From NCBI GenBank assembly GCA_031262805.1, contig JAISGX010000099.1, forward strand, positions 1 through 38,914: a stretch of DNA of 38,914 nucleotides. Reading direction: 5' to 3'. Of this stretch, positions 38,815 to 38,914 are shown one piece after another. Every line of letters starts with the position of its first letter. The stretch's first letter is position 1. Origin of the DNA: Verrucomicrobiota bacterium (GTDB taxonomy: Bacteria; Verrucomicrobiota; Kiritimatiellia; CAIQIC01; Lenti-01). The notes under the pieces were generated by a model that did no database searches, was not told the DNA's origin, and worked only from the letters and a program-made list of their open reading frames with translations. The position numbers and the translations under genes were made by a program.

Positions 38815-38914
38815 CGCATTGAAAGTATGCCATAATGCGCAGAATGAAGCCCCAAAACAGGTATTTCAAACATTCCAAAATTTCTGAAGAGAAATTCAGA
38901 GATATTTTACGCCT

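Overview
A 38.9 kb GC-rich bacterial chromosome segment. The PEP-CTERM tails (VPEPATMSLLGLGALAMVLRRKLRK) and a secreted FGE-domain protein suggest the PVC superphylum, possibly Kiritimatiellia (inference). Housekeeping content: partial GT2 glycosyltransferase, pgi, PPi-type phosphofructokinase, lipoate ligase, a sugar ABC operon with a fused double permease, a STAS/BON/TPR cluster, tRNA-Ile2(CAT), NarL regulator-gpsA-metA, hydG, a D-2-hydroxyacid dehydrogenase, a MacAB-TolC-type exporter, an FGE-domain protein and three tandem PEP-CTERM paralogues. An AT-richer defence island (about 13.75-22.93 kb) sits at the tRNA 3' end. It holds a type I R-M system whose HsdS carries an extra ~190-aa C-terminal domain resembling DarG-C/Panacea antitoxin domains. 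It also holds a fic gene bracketed by two identical 86-bp repeats that encode an RHS core motif and cut off an HNH gene and a probable type III mod gene, followed by a toxin-less RHS remnant and a frameshifted immunity-like gene. Other unexplained signals: a candidate sRNA with C-rich loops (13516-13690), an 18-bp XerD-arm-like motif at two GC-to-AT junctions (13775, 38797), and a triple TTCCA-N5-TGGAA palindrome (29601-29672). All family assignments come from motif recognition by eye; no searches were run.
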